From Raillietiella orientalis (taxonomy: Eukaryota): 64,000 nt of DNA. The notes under the pieces were generated by a model. The model was not told the DNA's origin, made no database searches, and worked only from the letters and a program-made list of their open reading frames with translations. The position numbers and the translations under genes are program-made. Below, one piece after another: positions 59,650 to 64,000 of this stretch. The stretch spans positions 1,364,001 through 1,428,000 of the forward strand of contig JAYWIR010000016.1 of the NCBI GenBank assembly GCA_036172245.1. The letters are read 5' to 3'. The stretch's first letter is position 1. Every line of letters begins with the position of its first letter.

Positions 59650-61430
59650 GATCCCTCCTTCGTCGTGCTCGTCCGGCAACTCGGCGAGTAAAGAAGCTGA
59701 AGTTACGCGAAGGACATCTTCGGCGAGTCTCGAAAGGAATTGCAACTCAGACTGACGGAGCACTACGGAGGCGAGTGAAGGTGAGCCCTTGGCGACTGAT
59801 GTCGAGCAGTAAACGAAGGAGTGGATGCGTCGATAAAAGGAAAAGAAAAGCTCCAAATGCAAAAGAACTGCCTTGAAGGATTCCAGGAAGCGGACCATGC
59901 AGGACTCGTGAAGCGAGTCCTGCATGGAACGACTCTGCGGCCAGCAAGCATCCGTGAACGCATTTCAAAGAGCGCTATGTGAATGCACTGCACGGGGTAC
60001 GCATGCACCTATTCTTCCGTGGAAAATGCCGTGAGTCGGGAGCAGCATCTCTTCCAGGAAAACGATTCCTTCTTTCATTTCGTGCAAACGGGACCTTAAA
60101 GTCGACTCTTTCCTTCAGCAACTCGAAGTGCCAAACAGCAGAGTACGAAGCTGAGGCGCTTTCCTGTGATCCTGGTTCGTCACGCGGTGAAGAAATTCCC
60201 GCGTTCCAATCCAGGGAATCCGGGGACATGTGCATTTCTCACGATGATGATCTGGAAACTGACGAATGTTCCCATGGACCCGTGAAATGGCTGTAACCGC
60301 GAAACTCGTTCACTCGTGCCATTTTGTTCCTCCGGGTTTCAACTGCTTTCTCGAAGGGAACCGGGTTGCCGCGCAAAGTGGATTTCCCTTACTCGAAGAG
60401 CAGGACGGTGAAACGATGGATCGCGGAAGTGGACCGTAGACGCGCGGAATCTGAGGTCACGGATCGAAGGCCATGTCCCACGGCGTGCAAGCGAAACGAT
60501 TGCATGCACAGAACCCCTTTCTCTATTACAGTGTACCATCTGTTTGGAGATGTGGTGGGCTCACACAATTCGAATCCATCAAGAAGCGCATCCGAGGAGC
60601 AGACCCCGCTGCCCTTCGGCTTCCAAGAAGCTGATAGGAAACCCTTCGCTCCAGGAGGAAAGGCAGGGAGGGAGGTTATCCACGATCAAGCACGAGAAAC
60701 ACTTCGTCATTCTCCCGTTGGTCTTGTGGCCGTGATTTGCATGATCGGTTGCCAAAGTTGAAGTTGAATTACAAACAGCCAGCCAGACGCGGAAGAACTG
60801 TTCGAAGCAAAGGCCCTTTCGAGTCATTAAAAAAATGCTGAAAACTCGAATTGTTAATCAGAACCAGCCTTGTGATTCCAGGATGATGATGGTTTTTCCG
60901 ATCATCACGTTGTCTTCACTATGATGTACAAAATAAGAAGAACCGATTCCTGGATTTTCCACACTTCGCCTCTTTCTCCCTTTCCCTTTTTTCCAAATCA
61001 TCTCTGGAACTTTTCTTGAGGTTCTTCACCCAAGTTAGTCTGTCTCTGCTTCGAGAAAAACGATTTGGAAAAAAAACACAAAATGCATTCTTTTTCTGTG
61101 AAAGCATTCCTAAAGCTCTTCCGCTAGAGAAAGAGCACATTTCCGGATTTTGCTCGTGCATTCGTTACCAACACTAGGAGACGGCTGCAGAGAACTGGCT
61201 ATCTGGTAATAACTGCTTATATAATCCATTTTCTAAATGATGCAATAGTGTCTGCTCATTTCTGATCACAAACACGTTCACGAAACGTTGAGTGTCCTTG
61301 ACGATACTTGACGTAGAAGTGAGGACATTCGAGGAGTTTTGGCGGTACTTCTGGGTGGTTCCTGAGGAACGATCAAAACCGGTCTTCTTAAGATCATGAT
61401 AAATGATGCCGCTTCCTGACAATTTGTAAT
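59650..61430 (-). pseudogene. Probable degenerate DDE transposase, ISL2EU/IS4EU-like with C-terminal SWIM-like region
   Basis: Ordered remnants: DEVFLVLDRG (60679-60708), PAF..G.K, LEAEGQR, CACNRF..P, LRTLLFGT (60127-60150), QSR (about 59930), IHSFVYC....LASVVL (about 59760-59825) and an acidic tail. These were matched from memory to the D-x-x-x-x-DRG / L-x-x-G-x-YQ / SRH / YC-x-C...H-x-ASV pattern. Many stops and frameshifts; no TIRs identified. Confidence 0.5.
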
Positions 61431-62229
61431 CTCTGAAGAAAAAAGAAAAAGCAGGCTGTTCAAAACGCTTGTTTTGTACAACTCGGTAGATTTCCAACAC
61501 TGTCGATGTGCGACTACAAAAAAGGTCCACGTGTAAGGAGGAGGTTAAACACGATAAATGTAGGGAACATGAACTAGAAATGAAACCTGCGAGATTAAAC
61601 CCGAATTTGAAATCTGCTTGAAGGACTGTCACCATCACATCGTCTTGAGGGTTGAAACACGAGATTTGTGGGCAGGGTAGGTATCTTGCAGTAGGGTATA
61701 TTGGATTCATTCAACTTACCAGCTACAGCATCCAAACAGTAATGAAACGCTGGGTTGCTCACGGACCCCATAATTAACTTTGCAAATGCATCAAAAAATG
61801 GAAAACGTTAGACGCGTTAACGGTCGATTGTACTTTCCGTTTATTTTCACCGAAAGAACTTGATCGCCAAAGAACTTTGATGGCACTCCTTAGTGGGGGC
61901 CGCTTTGAATTCAAAACAGCCAAACTCGAAATTCTCCCTGATTAAAGTTACTGGTTGCTCGTTTCCTCCCTGCCTAACCGATCCAGTGACAAGACTGGGA
62001 GCAGAACGTACGCATTAATAGAGAGATAAGCTTCAAAAGCAGAAGGTACATACGCACAACGTCAAGGTATACATGTGTACGATTTTTCACTTTATGTTTA
62101 TGGGGGGGAAAAGTACATCGGTGAAAGCACTCGAGAAAGTTAAAAGTCGAAGCTGCCCTGCCATTCGTACGAGCATTTATCACACGCATCTTTGTAGTGC
62201 TGGTCAGATTGCATTACATTACCATTGGT

Positions 62230-63372
62230 TGCCCTGGTGAGGGAGGGCACGTGGATCTCCTGCCTCCCAGGGAACTGCACTGCCTGGCTTCAGGAGTCAG
62301 TTTCCGCATGGGCTAAGATCAACGGCTCCTGCGATACAGACTACTCCTACCTCCGTAGAGGCAGGTACGCTGGACAGCCTCTGCAGGAGATCGTTTCCAA
62401 CCCGCGGAAACTGCTGTGGGCTTCATTTCTCCCCCTTGCCCCCGTGCTGCCCTCCCTCAGGAACGCTAGGGACAGCCAGGAAGAGGCATCGTGGGAAGCA
62501 AGATTAAAAACTCTTGAAGGCGTGGACGACTCGGAAGCTACCAGACGCTGCAACCCCGAGTGTCCCGCCTAACGGATTGTGCGCTGCGGCGAGCTGCTCG
62601 GCATATCTCCGGAGGAGGTGAAGTGGCCCCCAGCGCTATGGGACAATGGCACCCTCCTCTTGGATTGGCAAGAGACGGCGCTGCTTGCGTCGCATTGGGG
62701 ACTCCTTTGCAGAGCACGCCTCTCCCACGGGGCACTCGGAAGTGTGGATGCCCGTTGTGCAGACTGCGAGGAACGGGAAAGGACCTGATCATCGAGTGTG
62801 TCGCCCTCCGCCCAATGTGGAATCGACCGTCGTCGATCCTGAACATTCCCGTGGGCGACCCGAAGAACATTTTCCGTCGCCTCCTGATGCGGGACGCCCT
62901 GCCAGCAGCCGCGTGTGTAGCAGTTCTCTGCAGCATCCTGGAAGCGGAATCCTGGACAAATGGACCGAGTCGAGGAGAGGCCGCAACAGCCGGAATGCCA
63001 TTCACTGGGCAGCCGTCTCCATGGAGAAGGCTTCCCGATGGCGCCGGCTACGGGCTGTTCGACCGGCACTTGTCCGCATCCAAACCCGGATGCAGAGGAC
63101 CACTCGCGCGGCGAACGGTAATCCCTTCCCTGCCCTCCCCTTCCCGGAAAACATTGCGCTCCCCTTTTGACTTTGTTTATTTATTGATTTTTTTGTGGTT
63201 TTCCTTCACCCATCGCCGACAGAGAGGACCTCACCGGCCCGCGGGCCGGTAACGACCAGTGCTCTGAGACAGGCGGAACCACGTGTCCTGCCTTGAAGAA
63301 CTTCAAAGACTTTGTTATGAGATTTTATTTTGTTCAAATTTTAATAATAAGTGCCCCGGCATTTCCGGGTGA
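62230..63372 (+). mobile_element. Family A LINE 3' fragment
   Basis: GELLGISPEEVKWPPALW, DARCADCEERE(fs)LIIECVALRPMW (CCHC region) and FRRLLMRDAL. UTR hairpin at 63233-63250 and terminal gtgccccggcatttccgggtga. Confidence 0.82.
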
Positions 63373-64000
63373 TAAGCATTACCGATGAGTGCTTTATGAT
63401 TCCACGAGATTTACGACCAATTGTGGATACATGGGAGCACTTTGCGCGCTCCACGAAGTCATCCTGTTTTATCCTGCTGTGCCTCTCGTTTGAACGAACG
63501 AATTCTTGGAGCGATCCTTCATTCTTGGTCCTTGATGATCAACCGCAGCACACACGGAACATGGCTCCAGACGTGAAACAGCGAGATTTTGTGCCGGTGG
63601 CAGAAAGAAGGACTGCTTCCTTTCTCAACAAACGAAGCCAATGGATCGTGATGCTGGATTCAGAGATTACTGCAACCGAACGAATAGGAGGACCCGATAT
63701 TTTCGAAACTCTGAGAACAGACTTTTTTCAGGGATTCGCTCGAGTGATCCCGCCGAGAACCATAAGACCTCGGAGGTTCTGAAACATCCTGATGAAGTGC
63801 AGTTTTGCAGAGTATTTAAGGAATCCACGTCCTGAAATCCCAACCTGTCCTTCCACCTCCGCAATCTTTCCGACACGACGATGGCACAAGCAGAATTGGT
63901 CTGCAACAGAAACTCGGATGTTCACGTATGCTCTGAGCGATTGGGGCTCAACCTTATCCGTTAATGATTCTTCATCACGACCTCGGGATTAACATCAAAC

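Noticed and set aside
59700..59765. GIY-YIG-like GESRKELQLRLTEH on the plus strand (Penelope)
   Set aside because: No upstream GIY/YIG or Penelope RT, the frame is bounded by stops, and the opposite strand fits the DDE transposase better.
63351..63375. Helitron 3' end (GC hairpin)
   Set aside because: No CTRR terminus follows the hairpin, and the attached coding remnants are non-LTR ORF2-like.
1..64000. CRISPR array, rRNA or prokaryotic operon
   Set aside because: No regularly spaced repeats, rRNA-like segments or dense gene packing. The spliced gene and LINE debris indicate a eukaryotic nuclear genome.

Overview
This is eukaryotic, GC-rich, CpG-rich genomic DNA, probably from an invertebrate animal (inferred from the gene type and intron structure, not proven). 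It contains one clear intact host gene, a 7-exon secreted trypsin-type serine protease (minus strand, 38363-40033, 322 aa when spliced). About 1-20.3 kb and 43-63.4 kb are mostly frameshifted debris of L1/Tx1-clade-like non-LTR retrotransposons from at least 2-3 related subfamilies. Remnants of ORF1, endonuclease, RT core, thumb, C-terminal CCHC finger and 3' UTR are recognisable, but no copy is intact. The most distinctive signal is at the 3' ends: about 8 diverged copies share a nested stem-loop with compensatory changes and a terminal GC hairpin, with no poly(A) tail. Two copies join ORF1 directly to the 3' end without an RT, and several head-to-tail copies are 5'-truncated near the same thumb motif. 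A probable degenerate ISL2EU-like DDE transposase lies at about 59.6-61.4 kb, and two long inverted-repeat structures flank the protease gene. The 21-33 kb region looks mostly non-coding. Nearly all long ORFs in the supplied track are GC-driven artefacts. Repeat boundaries were set by eye and are approximate.
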